Shown one piece after another: positions 18,201 through 28,614 of a DNA stretch of 64,000 bases. The notes under the pieces are model-generated. The model saw nothing but the letters and a program-made list of their open reading frames with translations. It was not told the origin of the DNA and made no database searches. Position 1 is the first letter of the stretch; the number at the start of each line of letters is the position of its first letter. The translations under genes were made by a program, and so were the position numbers. Origin of the DNA: a virus; the IMG/VR virus record IMGVR_UViG_3300003323_000052, positions 3,961 through 67,960 of that record. One strand, 5' to 3'.

Positions 18201-19328
18201 ACTGATAAGCAGGATAAAGCACGCCTGCGCGAGCGCATTAAAGCCTTGCAAGCCGAGAAGGCGGGCGTCAAGAAAGAATCTCGCGCCTCGTCATTCCTTA
18301 AGACTATCGGTGAAACTATCCTCGCCCCTATTGGGCAACAGGCTATTGCTTCGTTTAGCAAGCCGCTGACTGACAATCTGCAAAAGAGCATTGAGTCTTC
18401 GCTTAATAATATTACAACTGGCGATAGCGGTATTGGCAAGTTCTTCAAAGATCTTTTCGGCGTTCAATCCGATCCGAAACAGATTGCGCAGGATCAGCAA
18501 ATAATTGCAATCAATTCGACTACGACCGCATTGCAAGCGCTCGAAGCTGCCGCAAGAGCCGCCGCTGGAGCACTACCTAGTCCCGGCAATCCAAATGCTA
18601 ACGGTGCTTCGGCTGAAGGTGATTCAAATACTTCCGCGTTGCCTGATTCTGAAATTTTCGGCGACTTCGGGCAATCCGTACAAGATGCTGAAAGCGGCAA
18701 CAAGGAACTTGCCAAAACGATCCCAACTGTAACCAATGTATTGTCGAAATTGACCGGGGCTACTTCTGATGCGACCAGCGCGCTTTCCATTCTTCCATCT
18801 ATTATCAGTCTGATTACTTCTAGCAGTTCCGGCAGTGCAGCTAGCGGGATTGGCGGCTTATTTGGATCGCTATTCGGCGGCTCGTCGTCTTCTGCTGGCT
18901 CTGGCGCAATATCAAATGAGCTATTCCATAGCGGCGGGATTGTTGGTGCTGGTAGCGGGATGCGCAGGACCACATCGTCCAATATCTTTGCTGGGGCACT
19001 GAAATATCACAAAGGCGGTATTGCTGGATTGGCTCCTGATGAAGTTCCTGCAATTCTAATGGGTGGACCGAAGGGTAGGCGCGAGGAAATTCTCACTGCT
19101 AAAGACCCGCGCCATCGTGACAATTTGCTCAATCCGCAAAATCGTCCATATATGGCGGGTCAGCATTCTGGCTCAAGCACAAACAACAACATTACCAATC
19201 GCAACCAGACTATTAATCAAGAGTTTCACTTTAATACTGGCGGCGCTCCTGTTGACCGTCGTAGCGCGCAGCAAGTTGGTGCGGTGGCATTCCGTGAAAC
19301 GGCTAGGGCAAACAAGAGGTATAACTAA
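15207..19328 (+). CDS. tape measure protein
   Basis: 1373 aa, Ala-rich; QLHDFFVQVASGQSPLTAFIQQGSQL; C-terminal FHSGGIVG...PDEVPAIL. Confidence 0.95.
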   Translation: MANDVTTLTLAVDTTDVKTASQTLGQMAQAGNTAAASTTRLQQANSAMVAELKRISAGVSELVKLASAERTAASAVEKRSKASAAAAVSSAKASAALRNEVKEIEKLAPAATISAGAMQKLSLSASNVSDAGVKELTKELSAAATQASRTAAAVNSISVKPQQSVQQSTSNQSSDAARAAREAERAASQAARDARAEQRAAERQAAEASKTARNDARISARNDLAAQKNQARDAAQASKQLADAQRQQAKEAGNAAFKNQQLGFQLHDFFVQVASGQSPLTAFIQQGSQLSGTFGGAGNAFRAVLGLLTPLRVAIGGAAGAVLGLGYAFVKANEDARELNKALILSGNFAGQTKDSFNSLAAGIANGTRANIGQAKDAVQTLIATGQIGPEVLAKAAEASALITKVTGQTAEDVAKDFAQMAQSPTKFARELNRTSNLFSAAQLQLIKGFEETQQPAKAQEVIISAIIGRMSEFNSTLSKTDKALDQNSKFWSALGNSIKGAFDSSSIDSEISRLEANVKRLDAIAAGRNQQQETRVFNPTSVDTNAGIATRQSARTQSIAAGNLEEARDALKRAQARKDANDIQAMLQAEIATRAKAGDAANEYIDSLVKEGKATSELKKENEKLDRAIKNAADAGTPRSKEDISVARRAIAKKFTDSEAGQVLKAQLDKDIKSIQDILEQERDAFSFNEKFLHGQYQAGQKSLKDYYDERKTNAQQGIDAEIAVLQKENERLEKFRKETKDPSEKVQTSTRIDENTAKISQLRAQGIREQELLNQEATASFKQLDESVSNYNATLEQLLGNEEKAASIRAAIAIQNAKVLSSQKGGTVIDVAAYEKALAIQNQFNEVQRRSQALTAAGRTAEEAFAEAAEQRGLSIKDTDTGIYQIRKLQLDQLAELVRKANELAAASTNPAVKQFAADLALEYAKAAKSIDPALQRLKDANKEIAQTIANTLTNLPKTFSDAFSRRRQQANDDIKNEKSEYDRRIDQLEEYLAESTDKQDKARLRERIKALQAEKAGVKKESRASSFLKTIGETILAPIGQQAIASFSKPLTDNLQKSIESSLNNITTGDSGIGKFFKDLFGVQSDPKQIAQDQQIIAINSTTTALQALEAAARAAAGALPSPGNPNANGASAEGDSNTSALPDSEIFGDFGQSVQDAESGNKELAKTIPTVTNVLSKLTGATSDATSALSILPSIISLITSSSSGSAASGIGGLFGSLFGGSSSSAGSGAISNELFHSGGIVGAGSGMRRTTSSNIFAGALKYHKGGIAGLAPDEVPAILMGGPKGRREEILTAKDPRHRDNLLNPQNRPYMAGQHSGSSTNNNITNRNQTINQEFHFNTGGAPVDRRSAQQVGAVAFRETARANKRYN

Positions 19329-19961
19329 ATGTCTGTGACTGTTTATAACGACGTTATTCTAAAAAATAATGTTATCTCGTCAAGTATTAACGGTAAAATT
19401 AACCGTAAAAACGTTCGCATTGTTACAGAGGGTGGTGACACTACGGTAAATATTCTTTGGCAGGAATCACTGCGTGAATATGAAATTTCTACTGTGCCGC
19501 TTTCTATTGATAATTGGAAGTTAATTGAAGGTCTATTTGAAATTACAGAGGGCGGCGCTTATGGCTTTCTAATGCACGATCCAAAGGATTTTAAAGTTAG
19601 TTCGACCGAAGGTAAGGCTTCACTTATTACCGGCGCAACTTATCAAATGAAGAAACGTTATTCAACTATTTCTTCGTCAAGATATAAAGATCGTGATATA
19701 ACTAGGCCACGGAATGGATCAATTGCTGTTACTTATAATGGCGGCGCTGCTCCAGCATATACGATTAATTATGACACGGGCGTTATCACATTTACAGGCG
19801 GCCCTGTTGGGAATGCTTCCCTTATTGGCTGGTCTGGTGAATTCTATGTGCCAGTTCATTTTGCCGCTGACGTTATGGGGTGGGACTTGATTGCTCCCGG
19901 CGCTTATGAATCACGTTTTACAGAAATGCCAACAATTACACTAATGGAAATTAGGGAATGA
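19329..19961 (+). CDS. distal tail protein (DUF2460/GTA-like)
   Basis: GFLMHDPKDF, ITRP, GEFYVPVHF..D, LMEIRE. Confidence 0.8.
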   Translation: MSVTVYNDVILKNNVISSSINGKINRKNVRIVTEGGDTTVNILWQESLREYEISTVPLSIDNWKLIEGLFEITEGGAYGFLMHDPKDFKVSSTEGKASLITGATYQMKKRYSTISSSRYKDRDITRPRNGSIAVTYNGGAAPAYTINYDTGVITFTGGPVGNASLIGWSGEFYVPVHFAADVMGWDLIAPGAYESRFTEMPTITLMEIRE

Positions 19962-20809
19962 AAAGTATAAGTACCGCACTCAAGGCGCATTATGCTTCGG
20001 GGACAACCACAGTTGCACTGCTCGTAAAGCTTACTCGTACTGACGGCGTGGTGTTGGCAGTTGCTTTGGATCACGATCAAGACATCACTTATGATGGCGT
20101 GACTTATAAAAGCGTCTTCGGTCTTGTTTCTTCTGCTATTGAAACAAGTGCGCAAATGAACGTCGATAGCCTTGATGCTAAAGGCGCTCTGTTGGCTCTC
20201 GGCGTAAATGAGGCTGATATCAATGCTGGTTTGTGGGATAACGCTGTATTCGCCCTTATTCGTGTGAATTGGGCAGACCTAACAATGGGCCATGAAAAGA
20301 TAAAAGATGGCTGGTTTGGTGAAATTAGTATTGGGCGCTCTGAGTTTAATGCAGAGTTTCGCGGTTTAACTCAGAAACTCCAATCTACTATTGGCGATGT
20401 CGTTTCGCCATCATGCAAAAACGATCTATTTGATTCCAAATGCACAATCCCACGTACTGAGGGAACTTGGAAATTTAGCGGCAAAGCAGTAACCGGCGTG
20501 ACGAATAACAGGACTTTTGTAATTTCGACTCTCGCGCAGGCGTCTGGTTATTTCTCTGCCGGGAAAGTAACTTGGACTACTGGATTGAATACAGGGCTGT
20601 CCAAGGAAATTAAAACTCATACCGCAACAGGCAATTTTGTATTGCAAGAGCCAATGCCATATAACATTGCAGTATCCGACCAATGCACCGTCGAGGCCGG
20701 ATGTTTAAAAAGATTCGATGAAGATTGCGGCACAAAATTCTCCAACGGTCCTAATTTCAATGGATTCCCATTCTTGCCGGGTCAAGACCAAACATTGAAA
20801 GGTGTTTGA
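19958..20809 (+). CDS. tail hub protein (DUF2163/BR0599-like)
   Basis: DHDQDI, GLWDNA, SCKNDLFDSKC, AGCLK...C..KFSN..NFNGFPFLPG (Cys motif). Confidence 0.85.
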   Translation: MKSISTALKAHYASGTTTVALLVKLTRTDGVVLAVALDHDQDITYDGVTYKSVFGLVSSAIETSAQMNVDSLDAKGALLALGVNEADINAGLWDNAVFALIRVNWADLTMGHEKIKDGWFGEISIGRSEFNAEFRGLTQKLQSTIGDVVSPSCKNDLFDSKCTIPRTEGTWKFSGKAVTGVTNNRTFVISTLAQASGYFSAGKVTWTTGLNTGLSKEIKTHTATGNFVLQEPMPYNIAVSDQCTVEAGCLKRFDEDCGTKFSNGPNFNGFPFLPGQDQTLKGV

Positions 20810-21222
20810 TGCTTGGCGAAGAACTGGCTGAAACCGCTAAAAGTTATGTCGGAACACCATTCCATGCGCAAGGACGCGCGCCGGGAGTGGGTCTTGACTG
20901 TATCGGCGTAATCGCATGCGTAGCAAGAGTACATAATATTTCGCATGATGATAAATCCGCCTATTCAATGAGTCCAACCGGCGAATTACAGCCTGAACTT
21001 GAAAGACAAATGATTCGCGTAAGCCTTAATGATCTACGTGAAGGTGATGTTTTGCTTATGCGCTGGAATTCCAATATGGAGCCGCATCATGTTGCCATGG
21101 TTGTCGGACCTAATTTAATCGTGCATGCCTACGCACAAGCTAGAAAGGTTAGCATGCAAGTTTATACACAATATTGGCGCGATAAAGTCGTTGCCGCCTA
21201 TCGTTTTCCGGGGGTTGATTAA
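20806..21222 (+). CDS. NlpC/P60 tail assembly peptidase
   Basis: YVGTPFHAQGR..GLDCIG, PHHVAM, IVHAY. Confidence 0.9.
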   Translation: MMLGEELAETAKSYVGTPFHAQGRAPGVGLDCIGVIACVARVHNISHDDKSAYSMSPTGELQPELERQMIRVSLNDLREGDVLLMRWNSNMEPHHVAMVVGPNLIVHAYAQARKVSMQVYTQYWRDKVVAAYRFPGVD

Positions 21223-24200
21223 ATGTCTTCTGCTGGACAAGTAATTGGCGGTGTTGTTGGCGCAGTTATCGGCTATTTTATTGGCGGTCCAAGTGGTGCT
21301 TACTATGGCTTCACTATTGGCGCTGGTATTGGTGGTTATGTCGATCAACCAGACCGTCAAGGGCCACGTCTAGAAGACCTGCGAAGCCAAGTATCAAGCT
21401 ATGGCAATAATATTCCATTTTGTTACGGTGTAAATCGTTTCGCCGGTACTGTCATTTGGCCTCGTATTATTGAGGCTGAAGAACATGAGCATTCTGAATC
21501 TGCGAAGGGTGGTCCGTCCCAAGTCAATTTCACATATACCCTATCGTTCGCAATTCTGGTATGCGAGGGGCCAATCGCTGGTGTTCGCCGTATTTGGGCA
21601 AATAAAAAACTAGTTTATGATATTTCCAGCGGAAACGAAGGAGCAACGCAAGACCCTGCAATTTCTAGCATTCGTTTTTATAACGGCACTAATGATCAAG
21701 ATGCCGATCCTTTGATTGAAGCCCGCGAAGGCAATACGCCTAACTATCGCGGCTATGCTTATGTCGTCTTTGAAGATTACGATGTTACAGAATTGAATGG
21801 CCGTGTGCCTCAATTTGAGTTTGAAGTTATTACCGATGGCGTCAATGAGGAACTTGCTGCTACTAGTATGGGTGATGGCGGCGGCGCGGCTGCATATTAT
21901 CCTAATAGCGATCTAGTTTGGTCTGTCGAAGGTACTGCTAACTCACATATTGACGTCTATATCACTGATGTCGTAAATGAAGTTTTGGTTGACCATATTA
22001 CAGTGGTCCCTAATACTCTTGCGTCTAGCCTTGGCAATGATATTACATACGTCCCACAACATGGTGAATTCTGGATTGCTGACGAAAACGGCACTGACAT
22101 TATTGCGATTAATGCAGAAACCCATGCTGTTCGTCAGATAGATTTTGGCAAATCATGGACTGGCAAGATTCACTACAGCCCTAGCCATGGGCAAGTAATT
22201 CTTGGCGTCACCAATGCCTCTACAAAATTATGGGTAGTTGAACCGATTTCTGAAACTATTCTCGGCTCGCTGACGTTCGCCGGGAGTGTTTATGGCATCG
22301 ACAAAATCGCCACTCTTCAAAGCGGGTATGAGGCTGTTCTATATCGAGACAACGTTTCTATCTGCAATATTGCTGGTGCAGCGTCTACTATCGTCAATAC
22401 TTTCTACAACGCTGATATCGGCACGTCTGCTGATATGGCAACCGATACGAATCGTAATCGAATCGTTATTATCAATGAAAACGATAGTCTTCTTATCACT
22501 CTTGATTTAGAAACTGGTGACTACGTTACATATACTCTGACGCTGCCAGATGATGCGCCATCTAATGCTAGCATTTCCATGCACCGTATTATGTGGCATT
22601 CTCAGAATGATAGATATTACATTACTGCGCACCATGCCGGTTTCGGCTGGACGCTGATCACTGTAAATCCAGAATCATTTGCCATTGAGACGGTTAGGGT
22701 TTATTCCGGCCCAACAAATTACGGCACGCTAATTGAGGTAGATAACCGACCTAATTTTATTGCATATGCAGACCATGGGAGTAGGCAGGTTTGGAAGCTA
22801 CCATTGACTGGTACGCTTGATCCTAATCAGGTAGTGCTTTCGGATATCGTTTCCGATCTATGGCAACGCACTGGATTAACCTCAGGGCAAATTAATGTTT
22901 CTGCCCTGACTGATTTGGTTGATGGCTTCCTCGTTGGCCGCCAGATGACATCACGCTCTGCAACTGAGCCGTTACAAACAGCGTATCAATTCGATGTAGT
23001 TGAATCCGAAGGAAAGATTAAGGCCGTAAAACGTGGTAGTGGAACTATTACGACTATCCCACTAGCAGACCGCGCTGCGCATATCTTTGGTGAAGATGTA
23101 CCGGTGAATTTGGAGATTATGCGTTCGTTTGAGTACGAACTCCCATATCAATGCGACGTTGAGTATGCTGACGTAGACGCAGATCATCAAATAGGCAATC
23201 AGTACGACCGGAGAATTACTAAGGATACCCGTCAGAGAATTAATCTCCAATTGCCTATCTCAATGACTGCGGAGAAGGCTAAGCAGATTGCAAAAATCGT
23301 TCTGTACGATGCATGGAAGAAACAAAGTTTCAAGTTTTCCACGAGCATTAAATATGCATATCTCGAACCGACTGACCTAATTTATCTGCCAAATAACTCC
23401 ATTACCTATACGGCGATGATTACTAATCGTCGTGATCAGCCTAGTGGAATTATCGAATGGGAAGCTAGGATTGAGGATTTAGATACATATACTCAATCCG
23501 GCGCTGATGCCGTCCCAATCCAATACACGCCTCAAACCATCTTTGAGCCAGCCGATACGATTCTTGAATTGATGGATTCGCCGCTAATGCGCGATGAGGA
23601 TCAAAATGACGGCTTCTATGTGGCTATGGGCGGCGCTACGCCATCATGGCGCGGTGGGCAGCTATTCCGTAGTGATGATGGCGGGTCAACTTATACCTCC
23701 GTGCTATCGGCCGTAGATGCTTCCGTGATCGGTGCTGCCACTACTATTCTTGGCGATTTTACTGACGGTGATGTTTTTGATGAAGGTAATTCGGTAACTG
23801 TTGTCATTGAAACCGGGAAAACACTAACCAGCTATACGGAAGACCAAGTACTAGCTGGCTATGGCGCATTTCTTCTTGGAGAAAATGGCCGTTGGGAGGT
23901 GTGCAATTATAAAACAGCAACTTTGATTGCTGAAGGTACTTATACGCTCACCGGGCTTCTTCGCGGTCGCCGAGGTACGGAATGGGCTATCGGCAATCAC
24001 CAAGTGGGCGACAGATTTATCTTTGGCGATGTCGATACGTGGCGTGTCTACAATCCGCCATCTACCGACCTGAACGTTCAGCGTCAATATAAAGCACCAA
24101 GCTTTAGGGCTAATCTTGCAGATGCGGAAGTTGAGCTATATACCGACAGGGCGATTCGTCGCCGTCCATATTCGGTTTCCCATTTAAAGGCCGATCCTCT

Positions 24201-25695
24201 AAATGATGGCGGTCTTTCTGTGTCGTGGCTCCATCGTAGTCTAGTGGGCAGTTCTTGGGATACCGGCCTTGTCGTGCCATTGGATGCAACGTTTGAATCT
24301 TTCAGCGTAACTATTAGCTCCGTAGAAGGCGTAATACTTCGTCAATTCTCAACGACTGACGAGGCATTCCCATATTCTGCTGCTGATATTGAAGACGATT
24401 TCGGCGATATTCCGCCAGCGATGTTAATTCGTGTTGCGCAACGCAATACAGATTATGGCGATGGTGTTGGCGCGACTTTACATACGGCTGACGGTTCGAT
24501 TACTTACGATTTTACCGATCCGTTCTCAACGCCGTATGTTCCGCCAGACACAACCGCGCCACCCGATACACCGGGCGATGGCGACCCTATCCCTCCCGGC
24601 AATCAATGGTTCGGCCCTGACTATTGGGCACCAGCCTTGTGGGATGGAACAAATTTCATTGCGTCCAATGTGTATGGCAAAGCTGTAATTTCTACTGGCG
24701 CATTGTGGACTAGCTCAGATGGGCTTAATTACACGCAATTGACAAGTAATAATATGACCATACCACTTAAGATTGCCGCTTATCATGGCGGAACTTATGT
24801 GAATCAATATAATTCAAGCAAGCCATGGTATAGCACTGATCTAGAGGCATGGACGGAGGGAGCTTTTAATTCCTATCCTAGTGGTTATCCATATGATAGC
24901 GGCTCTCCATTCTCAAAAATCATTCATGATGGGACTCGTTTTGTGGCATTGCGCCGCAATGGCGAGATTATGGGAAGTTCAACCGCTGCAACGTGGGACC
25001 ATAAATGCAACGTGACTATTCCGTCGGATACAAGTGCTAATTTGGTCGGTAATGGCTTGGAGGCATGGGGGCTTGCGTTTGGCTCCGGGGTATATGTTGC
25101 AGTTGGACTTGATCCATCCGGTGGCCCATCGTTATCTGATCGCATTTGGACGTCTTCGAATTATGACGGCCCATATACCGCTAGAGACGGCGCTCCTATT
25201 GTTGATCATGGCGGTGGCCCAATCGATAAGGCATATCTGTATTCTGTCACCTTCTGCTCGGATGACGGATATTTTTACGCCGTAGGGTCTAAACGTTATT
25301 ACTTTGAGCCAAGTAGTTATTATGTTTCGACTGGCGTGATTATTAGAAGCACTGACGGCATAACTTGGAGCGACGTAACGCCAACTCCAGTAGTTGCGCC
25401 GACCTACACGGCAAGCCAAGCATTCTCTTTCCATAAGATTACTGGCGGCTATGTTGTGCTAGGAACGAATGCATATTGGACAAGCTCGGATGGCTCAACG
25501 TGGACTGAAAATCCATTATCCCCATATAACGAAAATCAATTGTATTCTTTGCAGCTAAGCGCTAATAACGGATCAATTGTGGCTACTCAAGAATATCAAT
25601 GGCTTCAGAGTGGCGCTTATATTAATTATTATCGAAAGCCTATAACCTTCGATGGATCGGTATTCGATCCGACTCTTGATTCGCCATATCCATAA
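21223..25695 (+). CDS. GTA-type tail tip/central fibre (host specificity) protein
   Basis: GPRLEDL..SSYG, CEGPI.GVRRIWAN, PNYRGYAYVVF, LLRGRRGTE; C-terminal S.DG..WT repeats. Confidence 0.9.
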   Translation: MSSAGQVIGGVVGAVIGYFIGGPSGAYYGFTIGAGIGGYVDQPDRQGPRLEDLRSQVSSYGNNIPFCYGVNRFAGTVIWPRIIEAEEHEHSESAKGGPSQVNFTYTLSFAILVCEGPIAGVRRIWANKKLVYDISSGNEGATQDPAISSIRFYNGTNDQDADPLIEAREGNTPNYRGYAYVVFEDYDVTELNGRVPQFEFEVITDGVNEELAATSMGDGGGAAAYYPNSDLVWSVEGTANSHIDVYITDVVNEVLVDHITVVPNTLASSLGNDITYVPQHGEFWIADENGTDIIAINAETHAVRQIDFGKSWTGKIHYSPSHGQVILGVTNASTKLWVVEPISETILGSLTFAGSVYGIDKIATLQSGYEAVLYRDNVSICNIAGAASTIVNTFYNADIGTSADMATDTNRNRIVIINENDSLLITLDLETGDYVTYTLTLPDDAPSNASISMHRIMWHSQNDRYYITAHHAGFGWTLITVNPESFAIETVRVYSGPTNYGTLIEVDNRPNFIAYADHGSRQVWKLPLTGTLDPNQVVLSDIVSDLWQRTGLTSGQINVSALTDLVDGFLVGRQMTSRSATEPLQTAYQFDVVESEGKIKAVKRGSGTITTIPLADRAAHIFGEDVPVNLEIMRSFEYELPYQCDVEYADVDADHQIGNQYDRRITKDTRQRINLQLPISMTAEKAKQIAKIVLYDAWKKQSFKFSTSIKYAYLEPTDLIYLPNNSITYTAMITNRRDQPSGIIEWEARIEDLDTYTQSGADAVPIQYTPQTIFEPADTILELMDSPLMRDEDQNDGFYVAMGGATPSWRGGQLFRSDDGGSTYTSVLSAVDASVIGAATTILGDFTDGDVFDEGNSVTVVIETGKTLTSYTEDQVLAGYGAFLLGENGRWEVCNYKTATLIAEGTYTLTGLLRGRRGTEWAIGNHQVGDRFIFGDVDTWRVYNPPSTDLNVQRQYKAPSFRANLADAEVELYTDRAIRRRPYSVSHLKADPLNDGGLSVSWLHRSLVGSSWDTGLVVPLDATFESFSVTISSVEGVILRQFSTTDEAFPYSAADIEDDFGDIPPAMLIRVAQRNTDYGDGVGATLHTADGSITYDFTDPFSTPYVPPDTTAPPDTPGDGDPIPPGNQWFGPDYWAPALWDGTNFIASNVYGKAVISTGALWTSSDGLNYTQLTSNNMTIPLKIAAYHGGTYVNQYNSSKPWYSTDLEAWTEGAFNSYPSGYPYDSGSPFSKIIHDGTRFVALRRNGEIMGSSTAATWDHKCNVTIPSDTSANLVGNGLEAWGLAFGSGVYVAVGLDPSGGPSLSDRIWTSSNYDGPYTARDGAPIVDHGGGPIDKAYLYSVTFCSDDGYFYAVGSKRYYFEPSSYYVSTGVIIRSTDGITWSDVTPTPVVAPTYTASQAFSFHKITGGYVVLGTNAYWTSSDGSTWTENPLSPYNENQLYSLQLSANNGSIVATQEYQWLQSGAYINYYRKPITFDGSVFDPTLDSPYP

Positions 25696-25716
25696 TCTAA
25701 ATCTCATTGCATAAAT

Positions 25717-27042
25717 ATGACTACAGAAATTCTAGGGATTGATGAGCTTGCGCCCTCGCAGGGTAGTCCTGACGTTACGCACAATAATGGGCTTCGCCAA
25801 TTAGAGGGGAAATTAGTACGTGCGCTGGATAAGGATTTGACGGTTGCGCCGTCCACACCCACTGCCGGCGATGTCTATATTGTTGCTACGGGAGCAACAG
25901 GCACTTGGTCAGGTAAAGATAAGAAGATTGCGCACTATTGGGGCGGCGCATGGAAATACTATACGCCTATCCATGGTAATTCGATTTTCGTAACGGATGA
26001 AGACAAGCGTTATTTCTATAACGGTACTAGCTGGGGTATAGAACCCGCTGGATCGCTGGCTAATGGTGATTATGGTGACTTTACTGTGTCTAGTGGAGTT
26101 GCAACAATTGACAATGACGCTGTAACGTACGCCAAAATTCAAAATGTTTCAGCAACAGATAAATTGCTAGGGCGGTCAAGTTCCGGCGCTGGAGATATTG
26201 AGGAAATTACTTGTACCGCCGCTGGGCGCGCATTGATTGACGATGCCGATGCTACTGCGCAAAGAGCTACTCTTGGCTTGGTGATTGGAACAAATGTTCA
26301 GGCATATGATCCAGAACTCGCCGCAATTGCTGGGCTGACCTCTGCTGCCGATAAGGGTATTCAATTTACTGGCTCTGGAACTGCCGCTACTTTTGATTTA
26401 ACTGCTGCTGGTAAGGCGCTGCTCGATGATGCTGATGCCGCTGCTCAGCGCACCACATTAGGACTCGGAACGCTTGCAACGCAAAGTAACACTCTTTCTG
26501 GCACTAATACCGGCGACGAAACCACAACAACTATCGGCTCTCTGATTAATGGCGCTACAAGCAAAACTACGCCGGTTGATGCTGACTATCTAGGTCTGAT
26601 GGACAGCGCAGCTTCAAATGTCCTGAAAAAATTATCGTGGGTAAATCTTAAGGCTACGCTTAAAACGTATTTCGACACGCTGTATGCTCCTCTTTCTCAG
26701 CCTTTCGACATGCATTTAATGATGCCGAAGACGCAGACTGATGCTTCTCAGGTTATCTATCGCGGCAAATTGGCGCGAGCCGTTACATTCCCAGGCAATT
26801 TCTCTGGCAGTTATTTCACTGGCTCAGCTAATGCCACGGCTTCAACAGTCTTTGATGTACAAAAGAATGGCTCAAGCATTGGCAGCGTAACTATCGCTGC
26901 TGGCGGTGTTTCCGCTACTTTTGCCACGACTAGCGGCGCATCGCAGTCATTCTCTGCTGGAGACATATTCTCGTTAATCGGCCCCGCTAGCGCCGATGCA
27001 ACCCTTGCCAATGCGGCATTTACTTTTACTGGCACTCGATAA
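25717..27042 (+). CDS. tail fibre with N-terminal DUF2793-like domain
   Basis: VTHNNGLRQLE, GDVYIVA..ATG.WSGKD, two TAAG.AL.DDADA.AQR.TLGL repeats. Confidence 0.8.
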   Translation: MTTEILGIDELAPSQGSPDVTHNNGLRQLEGKLVRALDKDLTVAPSTPTAGDVYIVATGATGTWSGKDKKIAHYWGGAWKYYTPIHGNSIFVTDEDKRYFYNGTSWGIEPAGSLANGDYGDFTVSSGVATIDNDAVTYAKIQNVSATDKLLGRSSSGAGDIEEITCTAAGRALIDDADATAQRATLGLVIGTNVQAYDPELAAIAGLTSAADKGIQFTGSGTAATFDLTAAGKALLDDADAAAQRTTLGLGTLATQSNTLSGTNTGDETTTTIGSLINGATSKTTPVDADYLGLMDSAASNVLKKLSWVNLKATLKTYFDTLYAPLSQPFDMHLMMPKTQTDASQVIYRGKLARAVTFPGNFSGSYFTGSANATASTVFDVQKNGSSIGSVTIAAGGVSATFATTSGASQSFSAGDIFSLIGPASADATLANAAFTFTGTR

Positions 27043-27054
27043 GGATTTTAAAAA

Positions 27055-28053
27055 ATGGCTACAAGATGGGCAGATGGCTTTGAGGACTTCGCCTCTGGAG
27101 CTACCAACTTCGCAACAGACTACACAGCAACCGCCGGTACAGGCATCAACGTCACGACAGGGCGGCGTACAGGCACGCAAGCTATGTCAACCACCAACGG
27201 TACTCTAACCAGAACGATTGGAGGGACTGAATCTACAATGTTCGCATCTGTTGCCGTTAATCCTGCGGGGCTTATTAATGGAAATATCATTCAATTTCTT
27301 GAGGGAGCTACTGTACACGTCGAAATCCGCACGACAACGACCGGAGCTATCGAAGCGCGTCGAAACGGAACTTTGCTTGGGACTAGCTCGGCTTATTTCA
27401 CAACCAATAATTGGGGATGGATTCAAGTCAAGGCAGTAATCCATGATACCACTGGTTCGGTTGAGGTGCGCGACGGCTCTGGAAATGTGCTTTTAAATCT
27501 AACAAGCCAAGATACTCGTAACGGCGGAACCGGCTACTGTGATGCAGTGAAGCTTCAAAGTCCGGGGTCTTCCGTTCACCTATTTGATGACTGGCATATT
27601 TGGGATTCTACTGGCTCTATCTGCAACACATGGACTAATGACACCCGCGTTGATTCTAAGCTGCCTGATGGTGCTGGCAATTCTACTCAATTCACCGCAT
27701 CAACTGGTAGTAACTATACTTGTGTGGACGATGCCACGTGGAACAGCACAGACTATGTAGACGACTCCACGGCAGGCCACAAAGATACTTATACCTTCGG
27801 CGATATTAGCCATAACCCGCCGAATATCTACGCTGTATTAGTGACTGCGGTCGCCCAAAAGGACGATGCTGGCGCTCGCTCGCTCAAGATGGTAACTCGT
27901 AGATCAAGCACCGACTACTCCGGCAGTGCCGTATCTCTTAATCAGGGCAGCTATACGCGAGTAGTCGATATCCGCGAAACAGACCCTAGTACTAGCGCCG
28001 CTTGGACGCAGACAAATCTTAATGCCGCTGAATTTGGCTTTGAAAACGTGTAA
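27055..28053 (+). CDS. beta-rich virion/receptor-binding protein
   Basis: WADGFEDF start, lectin-like composition, ETDPST.AAW end. Confidence 0.65.
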   Translation: MATRWADGFEDFASGATNFATDYTATAGTGINVTTGRRTGTQAMSTTNGTLTRTIGGTESTMFASVAVNPAGLINGNIIQFLEGATVHVEIRTTTTGAIEARRNGTLLGTSSAYFTTNNWGWIQVKAVIHDTTGSVEVRDGSGNVLLNLTSQDTRNGGTGYCDAVKLQSPGSSVHLFDDWHIWDSTGSICNTWTNDTRVDSKLPDGAGNSTQFTASTGSNYTCVDDATWNSTDYVDDSTAGHKDTYTFGDISHNPPNIYAVLVTAVAQKDDAGARSLKMVTRRSSTDYSGSAVSLNQGSYTRVVDIRETDPSTSAAWTQTNLNAAEFGFENV

Positions 28054-28055
28054 TC

Positions 28056-28256
28056 ATGACAATCGCCCGCGTAACACAAAATTCTGTTCGTGTCGTTAGT
28101 AACGCTGATCCGAAGGCTCGCGTAACACAAAATACAATTCGTGTTGTGTCCTCGGCGATTAACCACGCGCGTATTACACAATGCTCGGTCCGTTTGGTTT
28201 CAACTAATACGCCAGACCAAAATACTTCATATCCAGTAATATTTATTTGCACTTAA
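28056..28256 (+). CDS. small protein with three 17-aa repeats
   Basis: AR(V/I)TQ(N/C)(S/T)(V/I)R(V/L)VS three times. Confidence 0.65.
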   Translation: MTIARVTQNSVRVVSNADPKARVTQNTIRVVSSAINHARITQCSVRLVSTNTPDQNTSYPVIFICT

Positions 28257-28270
28257 ATATTAAATAAGCC

Positions 28271-28582
28271 ATGACCAAATCTCATTATGAGCGAATGACA
28301 AAACGCTTATTTGGATTTGGGATATGGCTTATTTGTATTTTTGGTTGTCTAGTTACACTTTTTGTTATGTTTTTATGTATAATTGGCTCGCCAAGGAAAT
28401 ATTTAGGAATTGCAATAGCGATTGACCGCGCTGCAAATGCCTCCCTAAATGGCGATTACAATGAAACGATTAGTTCTAGAGCTAATCGAGCAAGATTAAA
28501 TGGCAGTAGATGGGGCTGCATTCTTTGCAAGTTTCTTGATTTATTCCAGAAGGATCATTGTCAAAAGGCAGCAGGTAAATAG
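28271..28582 (+). CDS. conserved phage membrane protein
   Basis: TM segment, IDRAANA...ETISSRA...C..LD...DHC. Confidence 0.7.
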   Translation: MTKSHYERMTKRLFGFGIWLICIFGCLVTLFVMFLCIIGSPRKYLGIAIAIDRAANASLNGDYNETISSRANRARLNGSRWGCILCKFLDLFQKDHCQKAAGK

Positions 28583-28614
28583 TTAAATGTCGCGTGAGCG
28601 ACGAAGGTAGAATC

